Shown here: positions 19,985 through 33,160 of the stretch, piece by piece | Layout: every line of letters starts with the position of its first letter | Numbering within the stretch: position 1 is the first letter of the stretch | DNA from: Eledone cirrhosa | Lineage: Eukaryota | Reading direction: 5' to 3' | Assembly: GCA_964016885.1 (NCBI GenBank) | Contig: OZ024741.1 | Location: 331,638,001 to 331,702,000 of the forward strand | DNA: 64,000 bases | Program-made: the position numbers and the translations under genes | The notes under the pieces: generated by a model | Seen by the model: the letters and a program-made list of their open reading frames with translations, nothing else | Database searches by the model: none | What the model was told of the DNA's origin: nothing

Positions 19985-22205
19985 TTCAAGCATGTTTTGC
20001 AACATGAGGACCAGAAACAGGAGGTGTTCAAGATTGCGAGGCAGTGTGTCAGAGAGAATTGTGATGTCATTGGAGAGAAGTGTATCTGGAATGATAAAGG
20101 TGAGCTTGCTCTCACAAGTGCTGAGAAGAAAGATGCATGGAAGAGTCATTATGATAGATTACTAAATGAGGGGAATGCATGGGAAGAAGAGACCCTACCC
20201 CAAATAGATCCTATAGAGGGGCCAGCAGTACAAGTCAGCAGCAGCGTAGTAAGTAAGGCAATCAAAGATATGAAGATGGGGAATGCAACCGGTCCATCGG
20301 GTATAGCTGCCGAGATGCTGAAGGCATCTGGTTCTGTAGGTCACACTATAACCACACGTATTGTTAACCAAGTAATACTAGAAGGTGTCATACCAAAAGA
20401 TTGGTGCAGTAGCATCATTGTCAACTGCTACAAAGGTAAAGGTGATGCACTAGATAGAGGAAACTATAGAGGTATAAAGCTGATGGACCAGCTCATGAAA
20501 GTAACACAAAGAGTTATAGCACAGTTGATTAGGGACCGGGTGAAACTAGATGAGATGCAATTTGGGTTTGTACCAGGAAGAGGCATCACTGATGCCCTCT
20601 TCATTGTGAGGCAGTTACAGGAAAAGTACCTAGCTAAAAGTAAGCCACTCTAACTGGCATTCGTCGATCTTGAGAAAGCCTTTGACAGAGTTCCACGTGC
20701 TGTAATCTGGTGGGCTCTTAGAAAACTAGAAGTAGATGAATGGCTTGTGAAAGCGGTACAAGCCATGTATAGGGGAGCAGTCAGCAAAGTTAGGATTAGC
20801 AATGTGTATAGCGAGGAATTTAGCGTACAGGTTGGGGTCCACCAGGGCTCTGTTCTTAGCCCCCTCCTGTTCATCATAGTCCTGCAGGCAATAACGGAGG
20901 AGTTTAAGACCGGATGCCCATGGGAACTCCTGTATGCTGATGACCTCGCACTTATAGCTGAATCTATGGTAGAACTAGAGAAGAAATTTCAAACTTGGAA
21001 GCAGGGACTAGAAAGAAAGGGTCTCAAAGTCAACATGACAAAGACTAAGGTCCTTGTAAGTAGACAAGAAAACAGAACCCAGATCCCCTCAGGGAAATGG
21101 CCTTGCTCAGTATGTAGGAAAGGTGTAGGTAGGAACTCCATTCTCTGCCCCAAATGCAAACAATGGGTACACAAGAGATGTAGCGGGATCTCAGGAAGCT
21201 TAATTAAGAATGTAGGCTTCACATGCAGCAGCTGTACTGGGACAGCAAGCAGCAAACAGCCACAGGAAACAAGTACCACCAATCTCTGGGAGGGCTCTGT
21301 AGAAACAGTAGACAGCTTCTGCTACCTAGGTGACCGAATTAGCAGCGGAGGTGGGTGTTCAGAAAGTACAATAACTAGGGTAAGAACAGGATGGAAGAAG
21401 TTTAGGGAACTACTACCACTGCTAGCTGCAAAAGGCTTCTCCCTCAGAATGAAAGGCAGACTGTATGATGCGTGTATCCGAACAGTGATGTTGCATGGTA
21501 GTGAGACCTGGGCGCTGAAGGTGGAAGACTTACGTAGATTAGAGAGAAACGAAGCCTGCATTCTCCGATGGATGTGTAATAGTAATATACGCGAATGACA
21601 AAGCATAAATGAAGTGAGAGAGAGACTGAGCATAAGAGGAATCAAATGGTGTGTGCAGGAGAGGCGGTTGCATTGGTATGGACATGTGATGCGTATGAAG
21701 GATGACAGCTGCATAAAAAGGTACAGAGCACTAGAAGTCGATGGAAACCGCGGAGTGGGCAGACCCAAGAAGACCTGGGATGAGGTGATAAAAGCCGACC
21801 TTACCCAATTACACCCCTCAAAGGTGATGACACACGACCGTGACCTCTGGCATCACGCAGTAATGCAGAGTACCCGACCTCCCATGGGTACAAGCTGAAG
21901 CATATAGACAATATGCCTCCACACCTCCCACTGCAAGGTGGTCGTGGAGGTGCCACGGCAAAAAAGCACCCAGCCCACACTGTATAGTGGACGTGTAGGT
22001 GCCATGAAAAAGCACCCAGTACTCACTGTAAATGAGGTTGGTGTTAGGAAGGGCATCCAGCTGTAGAAATCAAGCCAAATCAGTTCCTGTATGAGCAAGG
22101 CATGGTCAGCCGACCAGACACTGCCCACAACAGGACAACCCATCTAACCCATGCTAGCGTGGAAGAACGGACGTAAAACAGTGATGATGATGATGATGAT
22201 GATGA
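19985..22205 (+). mobile_element. 5'-truncated RTE LINE, subfamily B; RT pseudogene
   Basis: ORFs 19997-20653, 20747-21598 and 21614-21898 are one frame broken by TAA (20651) and TGA (21596); YADD; 3' UTR and (TGA)n tail. Confidence 0.95.
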
Positions 22206-22258
22206 TATATATATGCATATATATATATATATACATATACAAATATGTATATACATAT

Positions 22259-22329
<71 letters not shown>

Positions 22330-22331
<2 letters not shown>

Positions 22332-22517
22332 TGTTTCTACTTTAGGCACAAGGCCAGCAATTAATCAGTACATTACTGGTACTTTATTTTATCGACCCCG
22401 TAAGGATGAAAGGCAAAGTCAACCTCGGCGGGATTTGAACTCAGATCGTAAAGGGACGTAACTATGCTGGAAAGCATGGCGTCCGACCCTCTACCGATAC
22501 TGCCAATCCACCGGCCT
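22330..22517 (-). mobile_element. Young tRNA-derived SINE
   Basis: A-box TGGCAGTATCGG and B-box GAGTTCAAATCC on the minus strand, central domain, (ATT)n tail; nearly identical to 34775-34963. Confidence 0.85.
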
Positions 22518-22929
22518 TATTATAATAATAATAATAATAATAATAGTAGCAATAATAAATTTGAAGACTAAAATCCAAAGAGGGCTCGATAAGGATAAAT
22601 ATATATCAAATATATAAGAACCGTAGAGCAAATATTTATTAAAATAACAGATTAAAGTTTAAGCAAAGAATTGCTGCTTTCACCCTTAACGGGATCTTCT
22701 GAAACTATATATATATACACAAAATGTATTTTACGCCCGGCCAGCCATGCTGCCTGTCTTTTGTGGTGAATATCCATGAATTTTTAAAAACAGTTACGAA
22801 GCTATATTTTGAATTAACTCCCCCCCCCCCTCTCCTTTCTATGGTTCTCTATTTTCAATTATTCAATGTTTTAATGGTTTTTAAATACTTCTGTCTCTCC
22901 TGAAATAAAACCTAGCATAGGCTTTATCA

Positions 22930-23283
22930 TCTCTGCATGGCAGTGACTACAGAGGATATGTGCAATATAAATGTGAGAGAAACGCTTGGATGAGCTGAGG
23001 GAGAAGTTGGGTTTAAGGGGAATCTGAGATGGTGTACAGGAAAGAAGGTTACATGGACAATGACCGATGTGTGAAGAAATGCCATTAAATCCCAGTGGAA
23101 GAACCTGCAGTAGAGAATGACCAAGAAAGACCTAGGCAGAGGATGTGAAAGCTGACCTCAAATCACTAAGACTAGCAGAGGAGATGACGAAGGAACATGA
23201 CAATTAGAAATATACTGTACTCAGAAGGACATGTCCAACCCATGCAAGCATGGAAAAATAGATGTAAAAACGATGATGATGAT
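22930..23283 (+). mobile_element. Degenerate RTE LINE 3' fragment, subfamily C-like
   Basis: Similar to 34255-34690; ends CCAACCCATGCAAGCATGG..GATGATGAT. Confidence 0.75.
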
Positions 23284-23810
23284 ATACATATATTTACCAA
23301 GTTATTATGAATTTCTCCAAGTTGCTGGTGACAAAAGTGACTTCTGTGACCAGCTCCTCAGAGCATAAGATGGTTATTTTGTAAGGACAAATTATGTTGA
23401 AAAAATAAATAATTATATATAAACATATATTTATATATTTGTTTTGCAAGATTCTTGAAGTGAAATTATGTGTTGAAATATTGTTATATTTGGGGATGGT
23501 CATTTTGCCAATAAAACACTCACACTATATGATTTTCACTTCAGCTTTATTACTAGTTATTGGTTATTTCACCAAATCACTTTCATCACACATTCTGTGA
23601 CCTCTTCAATAACTATTTATTCTTCTCTGTGTCTCCTCTTCTTTTTGGTCTTATTCTGTTTACTCCATTTGTAAATTTTTCCTCTCTTTTCTTAATCTCC
23701 TCTATTTCTTGTTTTTGCAAACTCCTCTTCTCTTTCTTATTCTATCTTCTGAAGGACTAATGTCCAAAATATTAAGATTTTTTTCCTACTCTATCAAGCA
23801 TTAAACTAAT

Positions 23811-24062
23811 AATGATAAAATAAGTAAGTGGGAATAAAGTTTCAATTTAGCATTTTGTACATATTTTAATATTTTATTCACCTCTGACACGTGTTTTGCC
23901 ATCAATCAGCACAAGGTACAATGAGCTATTATTTCTAGAGTCAAGCCCGACGATCACTGATTGTACCTTGAGCTGATCAATGGTGAAATGCATGCCAAAA
24001 GTGAATAAAATATCTACAAGATGCTAAATTGATACTTTGTTCCCATTTACTTGTTTTATTAC
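23811..24062. repeat. Degenerate inverted repeat, Penelope-like remnant
   Basis: Arms about 23811-23922 and 23960-24062; CTGATCAATGGTGAAATGCATG core resembles 48454-48477. Confidence 0.55.
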
Positions 24063-24298
24063 TAAACTCTGTTAGGGATACCAAAACCAGCAATCACACA
24101 AGGGTGAGTCCTACTTCAGTAGCCTATCCACATAATAGTACTGAGTGCTTAAACTAGTGAACCAACAGTAACTGAACGTTTCACACCAAACAACTATATA
24201 TATATGTTATGTATTTCCGTAGAAAAGATAAAGGAAAGAAGAATGCTCTATGTATAGTACAGAGCTGTTTAATTACATAATAAACAACACAATATAAT

Positions 24299-24372
24299 TA
24301 TTCCATTAGCAAATGTTTCAGGAAACCAGACGATCTTAACAGAAACGTTCAGTTCACTCATCAGGTGAAATA
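24299..24372 (-). ncRNA. Degenerate hammerhead ribozyme motif
   Basis: TATTTCAC-CTGATGA-stem II-GAAAC-ATTTG-CTA-ATGGAATA; homologous to 61258-61331. Confidence 0.55.
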
Positions 24373-25217
24373 TTTATGTTTTGGATATAAGATTTGAAAT
24401 TAATATCTATTAAAAATGAAAGTGAGGCTGAGTTAAAATAACAGAAAAAATACATGTACACACAGATTTAGATATACATACATTCACATACACATAAAAA
24501 TACATGCGTGCATCTATACATACAACCAAATACACACTTACATGAGTGCATAACCGTATGAAGCACATATACACAATCATATGGATACAAGCATATATCT
24601 ACACACAGACAGACACACAGACACACACACATATATTTATATCAAAGAGAGAAAGAGACAAGATTACTTGCCACTAATATATGAGATATCTCAGTCAAAA
24701 TATCAAATCAGAGGCACATAGTTGACTTATACCAAAGTCTCCACTGGAGGGAATACAAGGTAGACAAACTAATATATGAGAGTTTTGCTTGTATTTTATC
24801 TTATTTTGTTTGACCCATTTAGCTTGTTCGCTTTTTTGGCTCAGGTGGTTAATGGCTTCTTAACCATCGTCTCAGTTTGTATGACCTTTTTAACCTATGT
24901 TTATAGCTCTGGTATCTTCATATCCATAGAGCGCTTGTCAACACAATACGGAAGTTGCGTTTCACTAATTTCTACCCGCCGAAATGCGATTCTCGCTAAA
25001 TTTATATTTATATATATATATATATATATATAGATATATATATATTAGGGGGTTGATTGGCAGAGTCCTTTAAGGGTTGGATGGTGGGGGAGGGGTTGAT
25101 AAATGAAGTATAGCTCAGTGCTTGTACAGTCCTCTTTCTCTCAAGCTGTCACATCTTGGGTCAAGGGTGGGAGTCTTAAGACAGTGTTCATGTCTGTCTG
25201 CCACTACACAAACACCT

Positions 25218-25500
25218 GTGAAGGTGTGTGGCTCAGTGTTTAGGTTGTTCGGTTCACAATCATAAGGTCATGAGTTTGATTCCCGGTAGCAGCACATTGT
25301 GTCACTGAACAAGAGACTATTTCACATTGTTCCAGGCCATTGGAAGTTGTGCTTGTAATTCAAGCTACACCCTTTGTCATGCTGTATCTCCCTGAGAACT
25401 ACATATCTGTGGAATGCTCAGCCACTTGCATGTTAATTTCATGAGCAGGCTGTTCTGTTGATTAAATAACAGGAATGCTTGTCAAATCGGATAATGGTTA
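25218..25500 (+). mobile_element. Old tRNA-derived SINE with CORE-like segment
   Basis: TGGCTCAGTG..GAGTTTGATTCCC head, then TGTGTCACTGAACAAGAGACTATTTCAC. Confidence 0.6.
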
Positions 25501-25659
25501 AAATCAGAATACATATATCTCATTGAGTTGAGTTGCATGTTAACAAGCTGGTGCCTCAGAGCCGTTCATCTGTGATACACATGTTATGCATGATGATGAA
25601 TATAATATGTTAAATTGAAACTTCAATCTCTCATTCTTGATATAAACACTCTGGAACTT

Positions 25660-25932
25660 ATCTAAAGTCTGTCTCGACCCCGGAGGCTCATCAGGCCAGT
25701 CATTATCCCAGTTTCTGTTGCGTTAAATGACAGAGTACAAGACTCCTCCCTGGATATGACGCCAGTCCATCACAGGTTTTAACTGCCAGTTATTGCTGGT
25801 ACTCATTTTCAGCGAGCAACGTGAAATGAAGTGTTTTGCTCAAAAAACAAAACACACAACTCAGTCCTGGAATCAAACCCACAGGATTACGATTGCAAGT
25901 CCAACACTATTACCACTAAGCCATGCACCTCC
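25660..25932 (-). mobile_element. tRNA-derived SINE
   Basis: Minus-strand head GGAGGTGCATGGCTTAGTGG..GGTTTGATTCC, then TTGAGCAAAACACTT. Confidence 0.65.
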
Positions 25933-26076
25933 ACAACTTATACCAATAATAAACAGATGACGGCATTAATCTCCAGTTTTAAATGCCAAAGATCTAATTA
26001 ATGTAAATACACTCATTGATGAAACTGCTATCTCCTGTAGTATTTGGTATTACTCATTAAGCGACAATATATATAT

Positions 26077-26276
26077 NNNNNNNNNNNNNNNNNNNNNNNN
26101 NNNNNNNNNNNNNNNNNNNNNNNNNNNNNNNNNNNNNNNNNNNNNNNNNNNNNNNNNNNNNNNNNNNNNNNNNNNNNNNNNNNNNNNNNNNNNNNNNNNN
26201 NNNNNNNNNNNNNNNNNNNNNNNNNNNNNNNNNNNNNNNNNNNNNNNNNNNNNNNNNNNNNNNNNNNNNNNNNNNN
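26077..26276. other. Assembly gap (200 N)
   Basis: Run of N. Confidence 1.
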
Positions 26277-26468
26277 GACTGGGGTCCATATCATTCCACT
26301 GCAAAGTGGTCGTGGAGGTGCCACGGCAAAAAGCACCAGCACTCACTGTAAATGAGGTTGGTGTTAGGAAGGGCATCCAGCTGTAGAAATCAAGCCAGAT
26401 CAGTTCCGTCCCACCCTTGCAAGCAGGGAAAAAGCGGACTTAAAACGAAATGATGATGAAATGATGAT
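26277..26468 (+). mobile_element. 3' half of RTE-tailed SINE, cut by the gap
   Basis: Matches 52027-52222. Confidence 0.85.
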
Positions 26469-26584
26469 ACATGTATATACACACATATTACACAATATAA
26501 TATAATACAATGTAACATAATACAACATAATGTAGCATATATAATATAATATTATATTATATAATTTTGCTTTGACGCATAGTG

Positions 26585-26920
26585 TACGGCCCTTGCCATT
26601 CTGAGTTTAAATCCCGCCGAGGTTAACTTTGCCTTTCATCCTTACAGGGTCGATAAAATAAAGTACCAGTAATACACTGGGTAATTGCTGGCCTTGTGCC
26701 AAAAGTAGAAACAATTATATTACATAATTTTGCAGTGGATTGGCAGTATTGATAGTGGGTCGGATGCCATGCTTTGCAGCATAGAGTTACGGCCCTTTAC
26801 GGTATGAGTTCAAATCCTGCCGAGTTTAACTTTGCCTTTCATCCTTATGCGGGTCGATAAACAAAGCACCAGTAATGCACTGGGATAATTGCTGTCTTGT
26901 GCCAAAGTAGAAACAATTAT
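26585..26920 (+). mobile_element. Two tandem tRNA-derived SINEs
   Basis: Two B-box, central-domain and GTGCCAAAAGTAGAAACAATT units. Confidence 0.8.
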
Positions 26921-27238
26921 TTTATATAATACAATAAAAGACAACATAATAATGTAAATCCTTATACTAACAAATATGGGATGTATAATATATTCAGAGT
27001 AAGTCTCTATTTGGAACCTTATAAGTAAAAACATCTAGTTGCTTCTAAAATGAGGTAGGTTTGCTAGGTTTATAGTTAAAATACACCTTATATTGCATAC
27101 AATTTCCAAATATATGGAAAGAGTATAGCCACAAGAATTTGAAAAGCATACCTATACACAGTCATATACAAACACGTATATCACCTCACGTACATACTTG
27201 GACACATATATGCACATATATATATATATATATATATA

Positions 27239-27888
27239 GGGAATAAGAGGATCAGATGCTGTTTACTCGAGAGAAGACTACGTTGGAATGGTCATGTGAT
27301 GCGCATGAAAGATGACAGCTGTATAAAAAGTGCAGGGCGATCAAAATAGACTGGTAGCTACGGAGTAGGTAGACCCAGAAAAACCTGGGATGACTTGATA
27401 AATTCCGACCTCACACACTTATACCTGTCCAAGACTATGTCACTGGACCGAAATCTTTGGCGCTACGCAGTAATACTGAAGACCCGCCTTGCCTAAGTAC
27501 AAAGCGAAACCTACAGTCAGTAGGCACCCTCTTAACCAAAAATACACCCCCGTCCACTACCCCTACCCCCACCGCCATCTACACCTCCCCTTTCGATGTA
27601 AAGACTATGTTGGTACCACAACATCCAGTCCTAAACAATGAGGTCGTGTAGGTGTCATGACAAAAAAACACACAGTCCATGCTTTAATGTGGCCATGTAG
27701 GGTAACACGGTAAAAACCTCCCAGTCCACACTGTAAACATGGGTGGTGTTAGGAAGGGCATTCTGCTGTAGAAAATCCGCCAGACAGTCCCTATAGAGCA
27801 AGACAACCAATCTTACCTCAAGTGGACAATTCCCGTCCAGACCCATGCTAGCGTGGAAGATGACGTTAAACGATGATGATGATGATGA
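27239..27888 (+). mobile_element. RTE LINE 3' fragment, subfamily A-like
   Basis: Similar to 37700-38343 with frameshifts; (GAT)n tail. Confidence 0.88.
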
Positions 27889-27910
27889 TATAATATATAT
27901 ATATATATAT

Positions 27911-28151
27911 TTAAAGAATGAAGAGTAACATGGTTGGCTGTACAATAAGGGCTTTATTTAAAGTACTGACAATTGTTTCGTTGATCAGGTGTGTCTAAAG
28001 TTCGCTAATCGCCTGAGGTTGCGTCATTCGATCTCCAATACATTATTTACCTCTGGTCACACAATCAGAGTACCTGATGAACGAAACAATTCTCAGTACT
28101 TTAAATAAAGTCCTTATTGTACAGCCAACCATATTACTCTTCATTCTTTAA
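27911..28151. repeat. 80-bp inverted repeat carrying a minimal hammerhead-like core (Penelope-like remnant)
   Basis: Arms 27911-27990 and 28072-28151; CTGATGA-AC-GAAAC-AATT-(G/C)TC-AGTACT. Confidence 0.7.
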
Positions 28152-28840
28152 CTATTATTACTCCAAGTATAACCTGCATAGAAATTACCACGAACTCGCT
28201 GCATAACTATGGAAGCATCTTGTTGAGTCAAACAAAGCCCGTACGTTAAAACTATGATACAGAGTACTCACAACCTCTAACTGGATTACCTATAATGATA
28301 ACTTGTTATCCCATATATACATATATACATTAAGGCTGCAAACTCTGCTAAGAGTATTGCAATCGCTTGTCAGATTATAGAGTTTGGTGTACTTTTAGGC
28401 TACGGCCAGTCACACAAACCTGTAACATATCCTGAACAAGCAATGGCTGTGATTTGAAAGTATTTTAAATAGGGAAAGGCCCTGCACTTGACCAATCCCA
28501 TTCTCTGAGTATCGAAAACACTACCCGAAAAGGAGAACTGATCAACATCATCGGATGCTTCCGAAACCACAGGGTTTTTTTTTTAGAGTTTCTCTCTCCT
28601 AGAAAGGTGTTGTGACAACTGGGGGCCTTTCACTCCCAGGTAAAAAAGAAAAGAAAACAAAAAAAAACAACTACTATTTGGATGGCCGTTGACTCTGCTG
28701 AGTTCCTCTGCCCTTTGCTGGGTCTTGTATCCCGCAGGGTGTCCAAATATCACCCTCCTCACCAAGCTAGCTTGGTGGAGTTGCCAATGACACATATGTA
28801 TATATATATATAAATACATATATATATATATATATATATA

Positions 28841-29110
28841 TGTAGAGATTATATTTAATTTGTTGGGATACAACAAGCAAAATATTTTTATAACTGATAT
28901 AAAGCACTCAACAAATTATTGGAGTAAATATACAATATATTAACAAATGGAAACTATATTTATAAAACCATATTTATTTCATTATACATATTTCAAGGGC
29001 CACCAAGGCAGATTAAGGTGCGCTTTCATCAGATAAAATATAATATAGGTTAGTTTTATAAATAAATATTGACATACCCTGAAAAATGCAACCTTCACGG
29101 TTGGAGTCTA
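28841..29110 (-). mobile_element. Short non-coding element in (TA)n containing a hammerhead; same family as 63242-63570
   Basis: Near-identical sequence at 63242-63570 (rearranged) and a fragment at 34737-34772. Confidence 0.7.
28975..29040 (-). ncRNA. Type I hammerhead ribozyme motif
   Basis: TATTTTAT-CTGATGA-AAGCGCACC..GGTGGCCCTT-GAAA-TATGTA-TA^ATGAAATA; 8-bp helix I, imperfect helix II, short near-palindromic helix III. Confidence 0.65.
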
Positions 29111-29612
29111 TATGGTGTATATATATATGTGTGTGTTTATATATATATATATGTATGTATAATTGTAACAGAGGTAGTTTATATCTACAATAGATTTATT
29201 TACCTTAAATCTTCATTTATACAACTAATGATAATCATAATAAACACACACACACATATATATGAGCATATGCATATGTTTGTACACAACACCATAGCTA
29301 TGTATGTATATATGTAGGTGCGTATGCATGTATGTATGTATATATGTGTATGTGTATGTATGTATCTATGTATGTGTGTGTGTATGCGTGTGTATGTATT
29401 TATGTATGTATTTATCTATGTGTGTATATATGTGTGTATGTATGTATGTATTTATGTATGTGTGTATGTATGTGTAAAGTCAGAAGCTGATATCTATCTG
29501 AATCCAATAATTTCCCAGCTTATGTTTATCAAACAGTTTCTCATTAAGACAATATCTATCACTAAACACCTTCACTGATATATCATTGAATTTTAGCAGA
29601 ACAATACATACA

Positions 29613-29990
29613 CACCACCTCCTCCACCACCACCACCACCACCACTGCCGCTGCCACCACCACCATCATTGCCGCTGCCGCCACCACCAGCACCACCATC
29701 ACCACCACCACCAACACCTCCCATAAACATCACCACCACCACCACTACTGCCACTGCTACCACCGCCTCTCATACCAGCATCACCACCACCACTACTGCC
29801 ACTGCCACCACCACCTCCCATACCAGCATCACCACCACCACTACTGCCACTGCCACCATCACCTTCCATACCGCCATCACTGCTGCCACCACCACCACCA
29901 CCACTACTGCCACTACCACCACTAGCTCCCACGCCACCACCACCACCACTACTACAACCACCACCACCATCACCACCACCAAGACCTTCA
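29613..29990. repeat. (CCA)n-rich tract with nascent 48-bp periodicity
   Basis: CATACC marker at 29771, 29819 and 29867. Confidence 0.85.
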
Positions 29991-30049
29991 CCTCACTGCC
30001 GCCATATTTTTTTACTTTATTTTATTTATTTAATATTTTAGTTATTTAA

Positions 30050-31015
30050 TATGACTACAATAAAATGCACCCAGTCCACTCTGTAAAGTGGTAGCTCTGG
30101 TGCCATGATAAAATATATTCTGTCTATACTGTAAAAAGGGAAGTGCTGGTGCTACAATGAAATGCATCCATTATATGATGTTATAATCAAATGCACGCAG
30201 TCTGCTTGGTAAAAGTGGTAGATAACATCTAGTACTCACTGTAAGGTAGTAGTGTTAGTGCCATGATAAAATGCACACTGTATACGCTGTATAAATCATG
30301 CCAAAATAAAACATTTGAGCAAGATGTGGACAAGTGACATGTCTAATCTCAGAACATGACAACCTATCGAACCCACATCAGTATAGAAAACTGATGTGAA
30401 ATGGTGATAATGATGATGAACCATGAACACAGCATTATGAAACTAGACATCTCATGGGACCATGTCTTTCTCATAAAATTAATTTTGGGCTTGGTTTTCT
30501 ATAGTTGGAGGCCCTTCCTAATACCAACCACTTCACGTGTGTACTAGAAGTGTTTTTTTGTGGCACCAACACTACCATCATACAGAGTGAACTGAGTGTT
30601 TTTTTGTTATAAGTACTAGCACGATCACTTTACATGGTAGACTGGGTACTTTTTGTCGTGGTGCTAGTGCTACCATCTTACAGAGTGGACTGGGTACTTT
30701 TTGTCATGGCACCAGTATAACCACCTTTCAGAGTGGAATGGGAGCTTTTTTCATGGCACCAGTATGATTATCTTACAGGGTGGACTGGGTGATTTTTTTT
30801 TATGGCAACAGTACAACCGACTGAGAGAATGGACAGGGTGCTTTTTGTCATTGCACCAGGATGACCACTTTAACGAGTGGACTGGGTGCTTTTTGTCATG
30901 GTACTAGTATGACCACAACACAGCGTGGACTGGGCACATTTTGTCAGAGTACCTTAGAGGGTCGACTGGGCACTTTTTGCCATGGTATTAGTACAGCCAT
31001 CTTACAGAGCAGTCC
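30050..31015. repeat. Two convergent arrays of an about 48-bp retroposon 3'-UTR unit
   Basis: About 5 decayed units (+, 30050-30300) before a LINE-like tail; about 10 units (-, 30545-31015) after the inverse AGGAAGGGC motif; plus-strand consensus GGTGCTTTTTGTCATGGCACCAGTA..ACAGAGTGGACTG. Confidence 0.75.
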
Positions 31016-31504
31016 ACTAGTTTGAAAACAATAGTCAGTGTCTTTCATTAGTAATTCAGTTCCATAATGGTTAACAGTACACTACAATACATCAGAACTG
31101 CCAACAGTTCTGTCAACTAAGTAGTTTTGTGTCTCTATCTCCACTACTGTCAGGTATATATTAATGGAGAAACTCTGTTATGTTCTGTTATAGAGGAGAG
31201 AGAGGAGATGGGAGAGGACTAAGACTTGAGTTGTTGTCAGTTGGATATAGTAAACTCTACTTACTGCCTGCTGCCTGCAATATTTAACACACACTGCCAG
31301 CATACAAGTACAACATACATTCATACACACATACACAGAGATGCAAACAAACACATTCAGACAGATGTACACACACACAAACACTCACAGACATACAAAT
31401 GCATGCACACAGAGAAACACACACACACTTATATATATACTAAGTTAAGGTATGATAACATCTATAATATGTATGATGATTATGTTTCTCAATTAAAAAA
31501 TTCG

Positions 31505-31563
<59 letters not shown>

Positions 31564-31609
31564 TACACACACATATATATACATACATATATATATATAT
31601 GTATATATT

Positions 31610-31955
31610 CATTTCATTTCATTTCATTTCATTTTACGTCCACTTTTTCCCTGCTTGCAAGGGTGGGACAGGAACTGATTCTGGCTTGATTTCTACAGCT
31701 GGATGCCCTTCCTAACACCAACCTCATTTACAGTGAGTGCTGGGTGCTTTTTTTGCCGTGGCACCTCCACGACCACTCTACAGTGGAATGATATGGACCC
31801 CAGTCCCTATCATCTCATTTCTACAGCTGAGTAAACTGGAGCAATGTGAAATAAAGTGTTTTGCTCAAGGAAACAACACATCACCCGGTCTGAGAATTGA
31901 ACTCACAACCTCTCGATTGCAAGGCCAATGCTCTAACTACTAAGCCGTGTGCCCC
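31610..31955 (-). mobile_element. Full-length tRNA-derived SINE with RTE subfamily C tail
   Basis: Reverse complement of 51876-52222. Confidence 0.88.
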
Positions 31956-32183
31956 CATTCCGTTGCAATACCATCGTTGTTTGTTTACATGTCTCGCTCG
32001 CTTCACCCTATTTTACTTGTCCCAATAACTTTATTTAGTTATTGCTCGCACCAACCAGAGTTATATGATCTTTAAAGCGATGAAATACCAATGAAAGTTG
32101 GAAGATCACTGATGAAGGACTAATTTTATTCATATGTAACCCATGTGCAACCACGCAGCACTCCATTTTTCTTATATATATAT

Positions 32184-32808
32184 ATATTGTTATATTTGGG
32201 GAGGGTCATATTTGCGTAATATTGCCAGAATTAATAACAGAACACACTATAATAAGATAAATAAATACATACACAAGCACATAAACACACACTAGTCACC
32301 CAGCAGACACAACACTATACACACTAGTCACACATCACACATAACACTATACACACACGCAAACGCATGCGCAAAGAAGACAAAATAAAATAAGATAAAC
32401 AAACAAGCAAATAAATAAATAAATATATAGACAGACTGAACAAAAAAAATGGCGTAGACATACAACACAACAGGAGGAACAATGAATATAACACCACTGA
32501 CGATGTTGCAGATGTGCAACGAAAGATTTATGTAAATTATGTAAACTATATATATGTGTTTGTGTCTATATTGTATCTGTATTATTTTTGACCGCCGGTC
32601 AGTCAATGGCAACATTGAGGACCGAGTAAGTTAGATCGCAGATATATATATATAAAAGACAGCGAGAAGCGAACACCAACCAAACAGTGAGTGTGTTCTG
32701 TTATTAATTCTGGCAATATTACGCAAATATGACCCTCCCCAAATATAACAATATCTGTTTCGACACACGATTTCATATAAAAAACCTCGCAAAACTAATT
32801 CATCGCCG

Positions 32809-32809
<1 letters not shown>
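32184..32809. mobile_element. Penelope-like remnant: 65-bp inverted arms, tail and partial hammerhead core
   Basis: Arms 32184-32248 and 32690-32754; CTGACGA-T-GTTGCA-GATG-TGCAAC-GAAA at 32497-32524; homologous to 19502-19955. Confidence 0.65.
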
Positions 32810-32888
<79 letters not shown>

Positions 32889-33106
32889 GAAGTTAGTAAG
32901 CCCGTGGGTACTAAGTACCCCTGGAAATACATAGGTTGTCTATGATTTAAGGTTGTTCTATGGTATCAATTACAAGGCGAAACCGATCGGTAAGAGCCAT
33001 ATGAATAGGTAAATATTTAAATTATATTTTTTAATTTATTTTAAAAAATTGGTTGAATTTTGCTTGTTCTGCTTATATTAATATATATATATATATATAT
33101 ATATGT

Positions 33107-33160
<54 letters not shown>

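Noticed and set aside
25672-25696. Minus-strand CTGATGAGCCTCCGGGGTCGAGAC as a hammerhead
   Set aside because: GAAA core and helices I and III are absent; it is part of a SINE tail
26028-26376. ORFs spanning X runs
   Set aside because: Assembly-gap artefacts
30545-31015. CRISPR-like repeat/spacer appearance
   Set aside because: Whole units are homologous with no unique spacers, they derive from a retroposon UTR, there are no cas genes and the context is eukaryotic
32109-32130. CTGATGAAGGACTAAT and related remnants at about 23749, 48883 and 50035
   Set aside because: Probably decayed hammerheads, but the cores are too incomplete to call
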